Shown here piece by piece: positions 1-12,033 of a DNA stretch of 64,000 nucleotides. A program made the translations under genes and the position numbers. Origin of the DNA: Octopus sinensis. Its lineage: Eukaryota. Numbering within the stretch: position 1 is the stretch's first letter; each line of letters opens with the position of its first letter. Location of the stretch: positions 30,628,001 through 30,692,000 of the forward strand of contig NC_043007.1 of the NCBI RefSeq assembly GCF_006345805.1. The letters run 5' to 3'. The notes under the pieces were generated by a model. The model was not told the origin of the DNA, did not search any database, and saw only the letters and a program-made list of their open reading frames with translations.

Positions 1-276
1 GCCCATCCTGCTCAAACGGTCCCTGAATAAGGATTGTTTAAGGATGTTGAACGAACCACCCATGTTTCCAGAGGTGAATTATTCAAACCCCAAAGAATCC
101 CTCTCAACACATGGCTATGATACTCCCCCACTACTTCTGCTCGTGATCAGAGATGCACATATTGTCAGCCATTAAGGGACATGCTTAATTGGTTACGGTC
201 AAACAACTGACAAGCAAATCTGTGGTGTTGAGCAGAATATTTGCTGTAGCCCATCATTTTATACCAAGACAAAAAC
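1..276. repeat. Interspersed repeat fragment (family F), runs off the window start
   Basis: TTTGCTGTAGCCCATCATTTTATACCAAGACAAAA (about 240-276) matches the reverse complement of 63775-63807 (TTTTGTCTTGGTGTAAAAGATGGGCTGCAGCAAA); class not determined. Confidence 0.55.
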
Positions 277-310
<34 letters not shown>

Positions 311-371
311 TTATATTATTATTATTATTATTTTATTATTATTATTATTATTATTATTATCACCATTATTA

Positions 372-427
<56 letters not shown>

Positions 428-455
428 TATTATTATTATTATTAATTATTAATTA
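277..455. repeat. (ATT)n microsatellite
   Basis: Direct reading. Confidence 0.95.
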
Positions 456-879
456 TGCGATGGAACTCTTCGGCTATTACCAAAAACACAAACCAATTTC
501 TTGCAAACCTATTCCTCTGTTATTCATTAAACATTTTCCCATGCCAGGCCCCCGGCTTTCTCTTCATTCCCTTGCCATATTTTTCTCTCTTTTTCTTCAT
601 CTCCTATTATCTCTGGTTCCTCTGGTGGTGGGGGTGACTGCAGCGTTGATGTTATTAGTGGTGGTGATGGTGGTGGTGGTGGTGGTGATGTGGTCAGATA
701 ATCTCTCATAGCGGAGGTCATTGTTGTTTTGATGCTGCTCCCTTCTTAACGAATATATTCCATATGTGACCATCTTGTCTTTCATTATTCAGACATAGTA
801 TATCTAGGACTATAGCATCTTATGTGCCCTTCCTATTATAAGATAGCAGAGATTTGTGAGATTTGAAATATTTTTCACT

Positions 880-1195
880 GTTATTTTAGCTGTACGACCA
901 CATACAGGCCTACTCCTAGTTTTATGATGATGGTGGCTTTAGCGTCGGTAGTGCTGGTGCTGGTGCTGGTGGTGATGGTGGTGGTGGTGGTGGTGGTGGT
1001 GGTGGTGGTGGTGGTTGTAGCGGTGGTGGTGGATGTGGCGGTGGTGTGGTGGAGGTGGTGGTGGCGGTGGTGGTGGCGGTGGTGGTGGTGGAGGTGCTGG
1101 TGCTGCTGATGCTGCTGATGTTTTGTATTGTTGTTGTTGTTGTTGGAGGTGGGGGTGAATGGTGCTGGTGGTGATGTTGGTGGTGGTGCTACTGG
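880..1195. repeat. Degenerate (GGT/GTT/GCT)n trinucleotide island
   Basis: Direct reading; similar islands at 4615-4990, 6230-6510, 17780-17910, 21600-22340, 23380-24170, 33300-33410, 45970-46640. Confidence 0.9.
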
Positions 1196-1204
1196 TCGCA
1201 TTCG

Positions 1205-1345
1205 TTAGTGCTATTTAACCCTAGGTCAGTCCTAATGAATCGGACGTATACAAAAGCCACTCCAAACGTGACCATCCCATTTCACTGTACATCTATGAAT
1301 AGATCATTTCTGTTTTATTAAGCTGCCACGATGTTATTTGTATAA
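1205..1345 (-). mobile_element. Old SINE-like retroposon, family E, 3' part
   Basis: Reverse complement contains GGGATGGTCACG...CTGACCTAGGGTTAAA, shared with copies at 1680-1860, 5880-6070, 22345-22500, 23185-23365. Confidence 0.55.
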
Positions 1346-1679
1346 CTTTGGTTGCTATTTCAAGCAAATCGATAGGTCCCCGAACGCTAGGTTCCCTCGG
1401 TTCGATCGATTTAATGATACTATCATTAAGTACATCTCATTTGTGTTTTGCTTCGCCATATCCACTGTTGTCTATGTTTCCTTATCTTGGACTCTTGGTA
1501 ATGAGAAATTGCCTGGAACTCAGTGAACAATCTTCCAAAAGACAACAGAAGCACCGACAACAACAATGATCAGAACATCAACATCAAATGCCAACAACAA
1601 CAACAACAACACAACAACAATAACGCAAACAACAACAAAAATAACAACAAGCAAAACATTAACAATAATATGAGGCTCT

Positions 1680-1860
1680 GTGTAGTCGTTCTTTATGCTA
1701 GAAATAACAGCAAAAACCTACCTCATATTGCATCCGAAATTCCTTTAAAACAAGATACAAGTTGAAAACGTGGTCCTGAGTATCCTGCAGATAAGAAAAA
1801 AATGGGATGGTCACTACTGGAATGCTTTGATCATCGATATGTTTCACCAGCCAATTCTCC
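1680..1860 (+). mobile_element. Family E retroposon copy
   Basis: GCTAGAAATAACAGC...GGGATGGTCACTACTGGAATGCTTTGATCAT motifs shared with other copies. Confidence 0.55.
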
Positions 1861-1909
1861 TGTCGTAAAAGATAACGGACACTTTGGATAACATGCTCAT
1901 TGTTACACT

Positions 1910-1944
1910 GTGTATATATATATCTATCAATATCTATCTATCTA

Positions 1945-1992
<48 letters not shown>

Positions 1993-2330
1993 GTGTAACT
2001 ATGAACATGTTATCCAAAGTATATATATGATATATATATAGATAGATGTGCAGAGACATACGTACATACATACATACATACATACATACATACATACACA
2101 CATACATACATGCATACATACACACATACACACACACACATTCATACATACATACATACATACACATACACACATACACATACATACATAAACACACATA
2201 TACACACACACACATACACACACACATATACACATATACACACACATACACACACACATACACACACATACATGCATACATACATACATACATACATACA
2301 TACATACATACACACACATACATACAAAAT
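1910..2330. repeat. Compound (TA)n/(CA)n/(ATAC)n microsatellite
   Basis: Direct reading. Confidence 0.95.
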
Positions 2331-2519
2331 ATTTACAAAATATCTTTTCTACTACTAACGCGGAGCGAAACGTCTCATGATAGCCTGAAATTGCAACATT
2401 ATCTTTAACTATTAAATCATGCTTAGCACCAGCGAAATCAGTCGACTACTAAAATATTTTATTTCATAAAAATACATATATGCATTTTGTCCAACATAAA
2501 ATTTCTGTGCATTTTCCTT

Positions 2520-3046
2520 TGAGTTTCTATCTGTGCAATAGGGTCATCTGGGACTTTGGACAGCAGGAAATCAAGTTTTTTTCTCGAAAATATCTATCTC
2601 TACTCCATGAAAATCTCTCAGATATTTTGGCAAGGCATTCAATTGATGTTGGACCTTGAATCCAAAGCTATCACATACATAGTTCTCAATCTAGACGGGA
2701 TAGCTGGGACCTTTGGAACAGTGCTGCGACGTTCAGTTCATGGTATTAGTATAACTCTCGACGCCAAAGTTTGATGCCAGCCCCTCCGGGGTCTTCCATA
2801 TGTGTATCATTGCATACCTCTCTCGTCTTCGCTCCAGGGGGTAGAGTCGTAGCTCTTTCAGTGTCTCCCAGTAGCTCACCTGTTCCATTGATGTAATTTT
2901 CCTGATGTAGCAGCGGTGAACTGCGTCAAGTTCTGCTGTTAATTTGGTACTCTGAGGCGACCACGGTTGAGTGCAGTAACCAAGACGGCTGAGGACTATT
3001 GTCCTCCGTAGAACAAGCACAGTTTCCTGGTCCCTTGGTCTGAAGA
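2520..3046 (-). mobile_element. LINE (CR1/L2 group) ORF2 C-terminal remnant
   Basis: Minus-strand translation RDQETVLVLRRTIVLSRLGYCTQPWSPQ...ELDAVHR...LRLYPLERRRERYAMIHIWK...GLASNF...KVPDDP fits the post-RT region of CR1-group LINEs. Confidence 0.8.
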
Positions 3047-3128
3047 AATAAGTTCTGGGGTCGATTTGCTCGACTAAAGGTGGTGCTCCAGCATGGACGC
3101 AGTCAAATGACTGAAACAAATAAAAGAA
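3047..3128 (+). mobile_element. SINE family A 3' tail fragment
   Basis: Matches 3955-4035 (GGGGTCGATTTGCTCGACTAAAGG...GCAGTCAAATGACTGAAACA). Confidence 0.85.
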
Positions 3129-3137
3129 TATACACAA

Positions 3138-3512
3138 TGACACTCCGTCGGTTACGACGCGGGGGTTCCAGTTGATTCGATCAACGGAACAGCCTGCTCG
3201 TGAAATTAACGTGTAAGTGGTTGAGCACTCCACAGACACGCGTACCCTTAACGCTGTTCTCGGGGAGTTTCAGCGTGAGAAAGTGTGTGACAAGGCTGGC
3301 CCTTTGAAATACAGGTACAACAGAAACAGGAAGAAAGATTGAGAGAAAGTTGTGGTGAAAGAGTACAGCAGGGATCACCACCATCCCCTGCCAGAGCTTC
3401 GTGGAGCATTAGGTGTTTTCGCTCAATAAACACTCACTACGGCCGGTCTGGGAATCGAAACCGCGACCCTATGACTGCGAATCCGCTGCCCTAACCACTG
3501 GGCCATTGCACT
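3138..3512 (-). mobile_element. tRNA-derived SINE family C, full length
   Basis: Minus strand has A box TGGCCCAGTGG and B box TTTCGATTC; body matches 49845-50208. Confidence 0.9.
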
Positions 3513-3640
3513 TTCACATATACATATATAATGGTCACTCCCGTCAATTTCGGCGAATGAGTGTTTGAAGGAAAGTATCATAAAAAGAAGAAGAAAACGA
3601 TTTTAGAAATTGGAAAAAAAAAACAGAAAGAAAATATACA

Positions 3641-4040
3641 GGAGTGGCTGTGTGGTAAGTAGCTTGCTAACCAACCACATGGTTCCGGGTTCAGTCCCAC
3701 TGCGTGGCACCTTGGGCAAGTGTCTTCTGCTATAGCCCCGGGCCGACCAATGCCTTGTGAGTGGATTTGGTAGACGGAAACTGAAAGAAGCCTGTCGTAT
3801 ATATGTATATATATATAAGTGTGTGTGTATATGTTTGTGTGTCTGTGTTTGTCCCCCTAGCATTGCTTGACAACCGATGCTGGTGTGTTTACGTCCCCGT
3901 CACTTAGCGGTTCGGCAAAAGAGACCGATAGAATAAGTACTGGGCTTACAAAGAATAAGTCCCGGGGTCGATTTGCTCGACTAAAGGCGGTGCTCCAGCA
4001 TGGCCGCAGTCAAATGACTGAAACAAGTAAAAGAGAGAGT
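3641..4040 (+). mobile_element. tRNA-derived SINE family A, full length with internal (TA/TG)n
   Basis: A box TGGCTGTGTGG, B-box-like GTTCAGTCCC; many homologous copies in the window. Confidence 0.9.
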
Positions 4041-4044
4041 AAAG

Positions 4045-4210
4045 AGTATATATGGATACACATACATGCATACATAGATGTATGCATTCATACGTACATA
4101 CATGCATGCATGCATGCATACATACATACATACATATATACACACATACATACATACATACAAACATACATACATACATACATACGTGCATTCACACACA
4201 CACACACGCA

Positions 4211-4244
<34 letters not shown>

Positions 4245-4312
4245 CATACATACATACATACATACATACATACATACATACATACATACATACATACATA
4301 CATACATACATG
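4045..4312. repeat. (ATAC)n microsatellite
   Basis: Direct reading. Confidence 0.95.
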
Positions 4313-5134
4313 TTCACTTTATAAAGAAATCCGTTTCTGGTTTTGATATTTTTCTCTGGACTTCACCAGAAATTCTGTAACTGAGTCCGAAACATGAAGT
4401 CGTTGTGAAAGAGAAGGAATTGCTGTTGAGGAGCGGTGGGGGAGGGGTCTTTGGGTTCGAGTGGGCTATGTGTAATGTGGACGGGTGTGTGGTGTGTGGT
4501 GAATAGAGTGTGTGTGTGTTTGGGGGTGGGAGTGGGGGTTCTGTTTGGAACTGTGAAACGCAATGCGTCAGAATAACACAAACATGAACCAAAAATGAAC
4601 AGATAACATTATCTCAGATGGTGGTGGTGGTGGTGGTGGTGGTGGTGGTGGTGGTGGTGGTTGTGGTGGTGATTGATGTTGGTGGTGTTCGTGGCAGTAC
4701 TGATGACGATGATGATAATGATAATGATGATGGTACTGGTGTGGTAGTGAAGATATTGGAGTGGTGGCGCTGTAGAAGGTGGTTGTCATGGTAGCGGTGC
4801 ACAGTGGTGGTGGTGGTGGTCGTCGTCGTCGTCTTGGTTGTGGTAGTGGTGGTGGTGGCGGTGGTGGTGGTGGTGGTGGTGTGGTGGTGGTGGTGGTGGT
4901 GGTGGTGGTGGTGGTGGTGTGTAAGCGAGGGTAGTGGTAGTAATGATGGAGGAAGTACTGGAGATGTTGTTGGTGATGGTGGTGGCTGTGGTTGCGAGGG
5001 TCATTGGCACCGTTAAGACTTTTGGGGGAACACGTTTCGAATGTCCCTTATTATCCTGTATCTACGTGATCAACGCTGATACGAAGCTAAACAACATCAA
5101 CAACAACAACAACAGCAATGACCGTGTGTTGCGC

Positions 5135-5435
5135 AAGCGTACCTGTGTCGTAAGTAGGTTACTTCCCAACCACATGGTTCCGGGTTCAGTCCCATTGCGT
5201 GACACCTTAGGCAAGTGTCTTCAACTATAGCTTCGGGTGATCAAAATCTTATGAGTGGATTTGATAGACGGAAACTGAAAGAAGCCTGTCGTATATATGT
5301 AGATGTAGATGTCTATGTGTATGTCGACTAGTCCTCACCACCGCTTAACAACCAGTGTTGGTGTGTTATGTCCCTGTAATCTAGCGGTTCGGTGAAAGAC
5401 ACCGATAGAATGAGTAGCTGGCTTCACAAAAGAAT
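5135..5435 (+). mobile_element. SINE family A copy; its 3' tail resumes at 5785-5860
   Basis: Homology to 3641-4040, interrupted by 5436-5785. Confidence 0.8.
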
Positions 5436-5503
5436 GATAAATGATTTTTTTTTCGATGTTATTATTATCATTATTATTATTATTATTATTATCATTATTA
5501 TTA

Positions 5504-5568
<65 letters not shown>

Positions 5569-5569
5569 A

Positions 5570-5684
5570 TCACTGCCTGGAATCGAACTCGGAATCACTG
5601 CGCCATATGCCCGTGGCATATGGCGTAGTGGTTAACAGAGCGGGCTACTGACCCCAAGATCTCGAGTCCGATTCCAGGCAGTGA
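5570..5684. mobile_element. Palindromic back-to-back tRNA-like element
   Basis: Arms TCACTGCCTGGAATCGAACTCGGAATC...GCCATATGCC / GGCATATGGC...GATCTCGAGTCCGATTCCAGGCAGTGA; A box TGGCGTAGTGG; flanked by (ATT)n left and (AAT)n right. Confidence 0.8.
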
Positions 5685-5879
5685 CATGCATAATAATAAT
5701 TAGAAGAAGAATAATAATTAGAAGAAGAAGAAGAAGAAGAAGAAGAGAAGAAGAAGAAGAAGAAGAAGAAGAAGAAGAAGAAGAAATGATTTGCTCGACT
5801 AGATTTCTACAAATTGGTGCCCAAGCATGGCCGCAGTCTAATGACTGAAACAAGTAAACGATTCCAACAACATTATTGA

Positions 5880-6070
5880 GGAAAAGAATGTCTTTCCCAC
5901 TTCGTGGTCATTCGACCTGCCAGAAATAACAGCTAAATGTTTTTGCAATCACACCGGACAGTCTTAAAATCTGTAAGACACACCGCAGCGTAAAGAACTG
6001 ACGGGAAGACCATCGCCAACACTTGTGTTTATAGGTCAACTCGATCATGGCTGACCTAGGGTTAAAAAGC
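5880..6070 (+). mobile_element. Family E retroposon copy with (CAA)n tail
   Basis: GACCTGCCAGAAATAACAGC...GGCTGACCTAGGGTTAAA followed by CAACAAC repeats. Confidence 0.6.
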
Positions 6071-7069
6071 AACAACATCAACAACAACAACAACAACACC
6101 AGCAGCAGCAGCTGTATTAATTTACAAGTGGAAACAACAACAACAACAGCAACAACAACAAAACTCTTTCCTCAAGTCCCAAGATAGAAGAACAATCGAA
6201 TGTATTGTTCGAAATGAATAAATTCCGATGAAAGATGGCGGAGGTGGTGGTGGTGGTGGTGGTGGTGTGGTGGTTGCGGTAGAGGAGTGGGGGGGATGCG
6301 GTAGGGGTGGCGGTGGCGGCGGAATCCTGGGCGTGTAATGGCTATAATGAGGTAGGAGCGGTGGGGTGATATTACTGGCGTTGTCGGTTTTGGTGATGGT
6401 GGTGGTGGTGGTGGGTGGTGGTGGTGTCGGTGGTGATGGTGGTGGTGGTGGTGGTGGTGCTGGTGCTGGTAATGGTGCTGGTGCTGGTGGTGCTGGTGGC
6501 GGCGGCGGCGCACAACATGCGATGCTTGCCAAATTTCCTACCAAACACCATCTGCTCTGCACAATGGTTATGAATAATGAAAAGTTATTAAGCAGAGAGT
6601 AAATGTTGTCTTCTGTTTCTATAGGCGGCCCAGTGGTGATCAGGGGAAAGAGATGTCCTCCCTTCACTAGTGATAACTTCTGATTGAGACACGCTATAAA
6701 GAGCAAATTTGTTGGCAGCTACCATTGTAATATGTATTATTATGAAAAATATAATTCAAAAATAAATACAAAGATACACAGAAATAAATAGGATTCTGGT
6801 CGATTAAGTCGGTTCACGCCGCTCGTTCGCCATGTCGTTTTTTTATTTATAGTGTGGCATTAACTATTACTTTAAAACAATCGATTTTAATTTTATTGTA
6901 ATATATCGGAAGCCGTTATGGGAGGCGATGAGCCTGGTGGGGGAGGATTCGATAAGAGTTATTTGTCAGAGATAGAGTACAGGTAACTCCAAGATATTCA
7001 ATTTAAGTTGGGGGGTGGTGGCTTACGCTGAAAACAACAAATCGAAACAACAGTAAAATAATAATAATA

Positions 7070-7110
<41 letters not shown>

Positions 7111-7120
7111 TAATAATAAT

Positions 7121-7647
7121 AACAACAGAAAAAAGATGGTATAGGCACACACCAGAAAAGGTCACAGAAAACGAGAAAGCAACCATACTCTGGGATATGC
7201 CGATACACACAGATAGAGAAATTAAGGCCAACAGACCAGATATAGTTGTCAGAGATCATGAAGAAAAAAAATGCTTTCTAATTGATGTATCAATACCGGC
7301 AGATGACAACGTGTCTCTAAAAGAAATGGAGAAACTCTCAAAATACAAAGACCTGGAAATAGAGGTAACTAGAATGTGGAATCTGAAAACAGAAACAATT
7401 CCTATCATAGTAGGTGCATTAGGCATGATAAAAAAATATTCAGACAAATACATAACAAAAACACCAGGACTTACAAATACATATAACATACAGAAAATTG
7501 CACTACTAGGCACTGCACACATCATACGCAGAACACTTTCCATACAATAACCATCAGAGCATCACAACAAATCACAGCACATACCCAAGGCACGCAGAGC
7601 TGCGCTCGGTAGTGAAGTGAAAGAACGCTATAAAAATAAAACTACTG
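7121..7647 (+). mobile_element. R4/Dong-like non-LTR retrotransposon, 5'-truncated (RLE endonuclease + 3'UTR), copy 1
   Basis: Open frame 7122-7550: WYRHTPEKVTENEKATILWDMPIHTDREIKANRPDIVV...FLIDVSIP...EKLSKYKDL...IPIIVGALG (PD-(D/E)xK motif); (AAT)n on both sides. Confidence 0.9.
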
Positions 7648-7691
7648 AATAATAATAATAATAATTTAATAATAATAATAATAATAATATT

Positions 7692-7736
<45 letters not shown>

Positions 7737-7747
7737 TAATAATAATA

Positions 7748-8546
7748 GTATAGGTGGGATTGGCTGATAAAAGGACCTCCAAAAAAAGAGGCTGAGAGCA
7801 CTATACTGGCAGTCCGGGACCTAGCTTTGGCCACGAACTGGTGGGTCAACCATTCGAATGAGCAAGAGTCTCCGCTGTGCCGCACCTGCAATAGAGTGGA
7901 TAGAACCGTTGCCCTTTTCACGAACGAATCTCTTAGACTTGCCCAAAACCACTACAATTTGTGGCGACACGATCAGATAGTGAACGTGCTACATAGGAAA
8001 CTGTGCGAAAAGTGAGGGGCTAGAGAGAGACAAGACATGGTCTGAGCACAAACTGCAGAGAATAGAAGAGTTAGAGACTAGTAAATCCTCTGGGATTTCC
8101 CAATCCAAACAGATCAGGTGCAACAGCATAACAGACCAGACCTAGTGCTGGTGGACAAGATGCACCACATGTGCTATATAGCTGATGTTGCATGTCCCTT
8201 TGACCCATGAATAGTCAAGAAGGAAGGCGGAAAGGTAGATAAAGACAACCATCTTAAGTACGAAATAGCCCGGGGCTATGCAAAATGAAGAAGGTGAAGA
8301 TAGTGCCAAATATTGTAGGGTGCTTGGCAACAGTATCAGAAGGCATCGAGAGGAATATAAAGGAAATTGTAATAGAGTACCCAGAAGAATTGTTACAAAA
8401 GATTTGCCTCCTTGACATGTCCAGAATAATCAGGAAAGTGTAAGATAGCTGAAAAGAACGGATAGCATTGTACCGTAGGCTGCAGGTAGTAAGCTCGCTA
8501 CGCATGTAAGACACCAGGATCTCTAACCAAACCTGTGACAAAAAGA

Positions 8547-8547
<1 letters not shown>
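7748..8547 (+). mobile_element. R4/Dong-like LINE, second family, degenerate (zinc knuckle + RHD + RLE)
   Basis: WDWLIKG..KKEAESTILAVRDLALATN..CRTC..RHDQIV..LWDFPIQTD..HNRPDLVLVDK..IADVACPFD, with stops and frameshifts; (AAT)n both sides. Confidence 0.88.
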
Positions 8548-8604
<57 letters not shown>

Positions 8605-8639
8605 TTAATAATGATAATAATAATAATAATTTAATAATG

Positions 8640-8687
<48 letters not shown>

Positions 8688-8789
8688 TAATAATAATTTA
8701 ATAATAATAATTTAATAATAATAATAATAATAATAATAATTTAATAATAATAATAATTTAATAATAATAATAATGACAATAATAATAAT

Positions 8790-8847
<58 letters not shown>
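8548..8847. repeat. (AAT)n array with variant units
   Basis: Direct reading. Confidence 0.95.
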
Positions 8848-9063
8848 GGATACGTTCTTCTAAAGGCAAAAAGCTTGAAATCTTTTGGCGGGAAGAGACT
8901 AGTCGATTACATCGACTTCAGTGTTTCACTGGTACTTAATTTATCGACCTCGGAAGGATGAAAGGATGAATCAACCTCGGCGGAATTTGAAATCAGAACG
9001 TAGCGACGGACGAAATGCCACCAGGCATTTTGCCCGGCGTACTAACAATTCTGCCAGCTCGCC
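8848..9063 (-). mobile_element. SINE family B (AAGGCGGCGAGCTGGCAGAA head)
   Basis: Homology to 20749-20980 and 61048-61281. Confidence 0.85.
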
Positions 9064-9079
9064 AATAATAATATTAATC

Positions 9080-9128
<49 letters not shown>

Positions 9129-9181
9129 TAATAATAATAATAATAATAATATAATAATAATAATAATGACGATGATGACTG

Positions 9182-9227
<46 letters not shown>

Positions 9228-9228
<1 letters not shown>

Positions 9229-9640
9229 CACTCGAAAGCATTATTGAAAATGATAATGCAAAGATCCTGTGGGAATTTATGATTGAGTGTGACGATGAGA
9301 TAAAGATGAGGAAACCAAACAGAGTGATAATTGAGGAAAGAGAGTAAACAGCGCAAGATCATCGATATAGCATGTCCAGTTGAGAGCAAAGTATGCGATA
9401 AAAAAGAAAAGTCGGGAGATATAACGGGTTAGCTTAGGAAGTTAAACAGTTGCAGTCGTTTGAAAAAAGGTGGTAGTAATTCGAATCATTGTGCGAGCCT
9501 TAGGAGCAGTAAGCAAAGGTGTTGAGAAGCATGTTAAACAAATAGGGGTTGCAATCCGGGTGGAGCACCTGCAGAAAACAGCATTGCATAGAACAGCTCG
9601 AATATTCTAGAGGGTGTTTGAAAAATAAGGGGTCTTATTT
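9228..9640 (+). mobile_element. R4/Dong-like LINE, third family, RLE remnant
   Basis: ENDNAKILWEFMIECD..KP..KIIDIACP..IIVRALGAVSKG..LQKTALHRTARI with frameshifts. Confidence 0.8.
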
Positions 9641-10269
9641 CAGTTTGCAGGTGTAAAGGAAAGTAGGTACAAAAACACGATAAAGCCAAACCCTAGCACA
9701 CCTAGAAAAGAGAAATCAACAAAAAAAAGGAGGACAAAAATAAAGCAAATAAATATTTATTGGTTTTTAATTTTGGCACAAGGCCAGCAATTATCAAGGG
9801 AGGAGGTAAGTCGATTTCATCGACCCCAGTGTTTAACTGGTACTTATTTCATCGACTAAATCGCTGACAACAAACATCAACCTCTCTACAAGCACCTTCG
9901 CCAAACTCTAATATTCGGTTATTATCAGAATTTGGAGCCAGCAGTTGTCTATTTTTTCAACATTTCTTCTGTATTTTTTTGACATAAGCATAACAAAAAT
10001 ATAAAGTATTTAGTATTTTCGTTGAAATCTTCACTGTTTTTCTCTCTTTCCCTCCCTTACTCATTCGCCACCCCACCCTCGCTTCTCCCGCAGTTTCTAG
10101 CCCTGCCCGTCCACCTCTCTCTCTTTATTCCGGATCATGGCCAGTTCCAAATAGCGTTGAAAAGCTAATAAAATAATATGAAAAATTTGAATTATGAAAG
10201 ATAAAACTTCAACACAGTCGTGTATTTAATGAAACATAAAACGAAAGCTGTTCCCCGTATATACAAGCG

Positions 10270-10970
10270 TGTATGTATGTATTTACGAATGTATGTATGT
10301 ATGCATGTATGTATGTATGTATGTATGTATGTATGTATGTATGTATGTATGTATGTATGTATGTATGTATGTATGTATATTTATCTATATATCTATGTAT
10401 CTCTATGTGAATCTATGTTTGTTTATTTGTATGGCGATATGTATACATGTTTGTTTACTAAACAAGCTACCCGTATCGCTATTAAGTTTATTTACATCTA
10501 TAACTAAGTTGTTATGTATCTAATATTGTATTCACGTGAATTAAAACACACTCTATCACGCTCTTCCATATACATAAATGCAGACACACATACATATGAA
10601 CACGTACAAACGGTTGAGAAAGACGTCCACATATACAACAGGTGCACATAGATATGCAGATACAAACACACACGTGCAATACACACACACACACACGCAC
10701 ACACACACACACACACACACATCTATATACATATACACATTTTTACACACGGGTACACGTACGTAGTAGCCTTATTTAGAGACATCTGTGTGCAGTTACA
10801 GAGATGCGTGATGAGTCACCCTGAAAGAATTTCCACGATATCATTGGCTGTTAAAGATTATAAACCATGATATCAATGATATCACATCTGTAGTTCCGAG
10901 ATGTACTTTTACAGACACACACCATAAAGACACGCACCATACAGACATACATTCATATACATATAAACAC

Positions 10971-11059
<89 letters not shown>

Positions 11060-11150
11060 TGCATGCATATACATTAATACAAATAAATCCATTTATCCAT
11101 GTGTGTTTGCGTGTGTGCGTGTGTGCGTGTGTGTGTGTGTGTGTGTAATA
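10270..11150. repeat. (ATGT)n, (CA)n, (AGAT)n and (GT)n microsatellites
   Basis: Direct reading (10270-10380, 10680-10720, 10970-11057, 11100-11145). Confidence 0.9.
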
Positions 11151-11816
11151 AATCTCTGAGCGACATCGTGAAATATATTTGTCACCTAAATGTGGCTAAA
11201 CCCTTAAGGGTTGATGCTATTGTTGCTTGTAGCTCCAGGAAGACATCTCCTCCTGCTGGCTATTGACACACTTCCTGTGCCCTATCAGTATTTGGAAAAC
11301 ACAATAGAAGTCTCAAGAAACCTACATATTTTTCGATTCTGGCCCCTTGGTAACGCATAATTCAAAGCATTTGGGTTAAACCCAGTGTTAAGAATTTAAG
11401 TTGTTGTGGGTAGAATCTCTTCAGGTGTTTTGTTTTATTAATAACGAAGGTTACATCTTGCTTGTAGCAATTCTAATTCACAACTTGAGTTGTGGTGAAG
11501 CAATGATGAAGTCCCGGTTTCGATTCCGCTCCCAGACGTCTTGTCCTTGTCCTTGTCTAATAGCTTTAGTTTCATCCATGCCTTCTGTTAGAGAAATAGG
11601 TTTCCCTCGAGTGTAACTGCATAAGATCGCTTTTCAGATGGATTGTGCACCTAACAATTCTCGGATACAGACTCATCACACACTCTGTGGCGCCGATTCT
11701 TCCTGAGATTTGCAAAAACTGCAGAGGTGTCCGAGGAATAAACAACCACATAACGTTAATTCAATGAAAACGATCAAACCAAACACCCATAGTCGGAAAT
11801 TTGGACTCGGCACCCT

Positions 11817-11818
11817 TT

Positions 11819-11915
<97 letters not shown>
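11817..11915. repeat. (CTT)n/(ATT)n microsatellite
   Basis: Direct reading. Confidence 0.95.
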
Positions 11916-11917
<2 letters not shown>

Positions 11918-12002
11918 ATTGTTGTTGCTGTTATTGTTGTTATTAATATTATTATTATTAATTTATACACACACATATATATGATTGGTTTTGTGTGTGT
12001 GC

Positions 12003-12033
<31 letters not shown>

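Noticed and set aside
6600-6700. Strong-looking splice acceptor TTCTGTTTCTATAG
   Set aside because: No convincing donor or meaningful frame downstream
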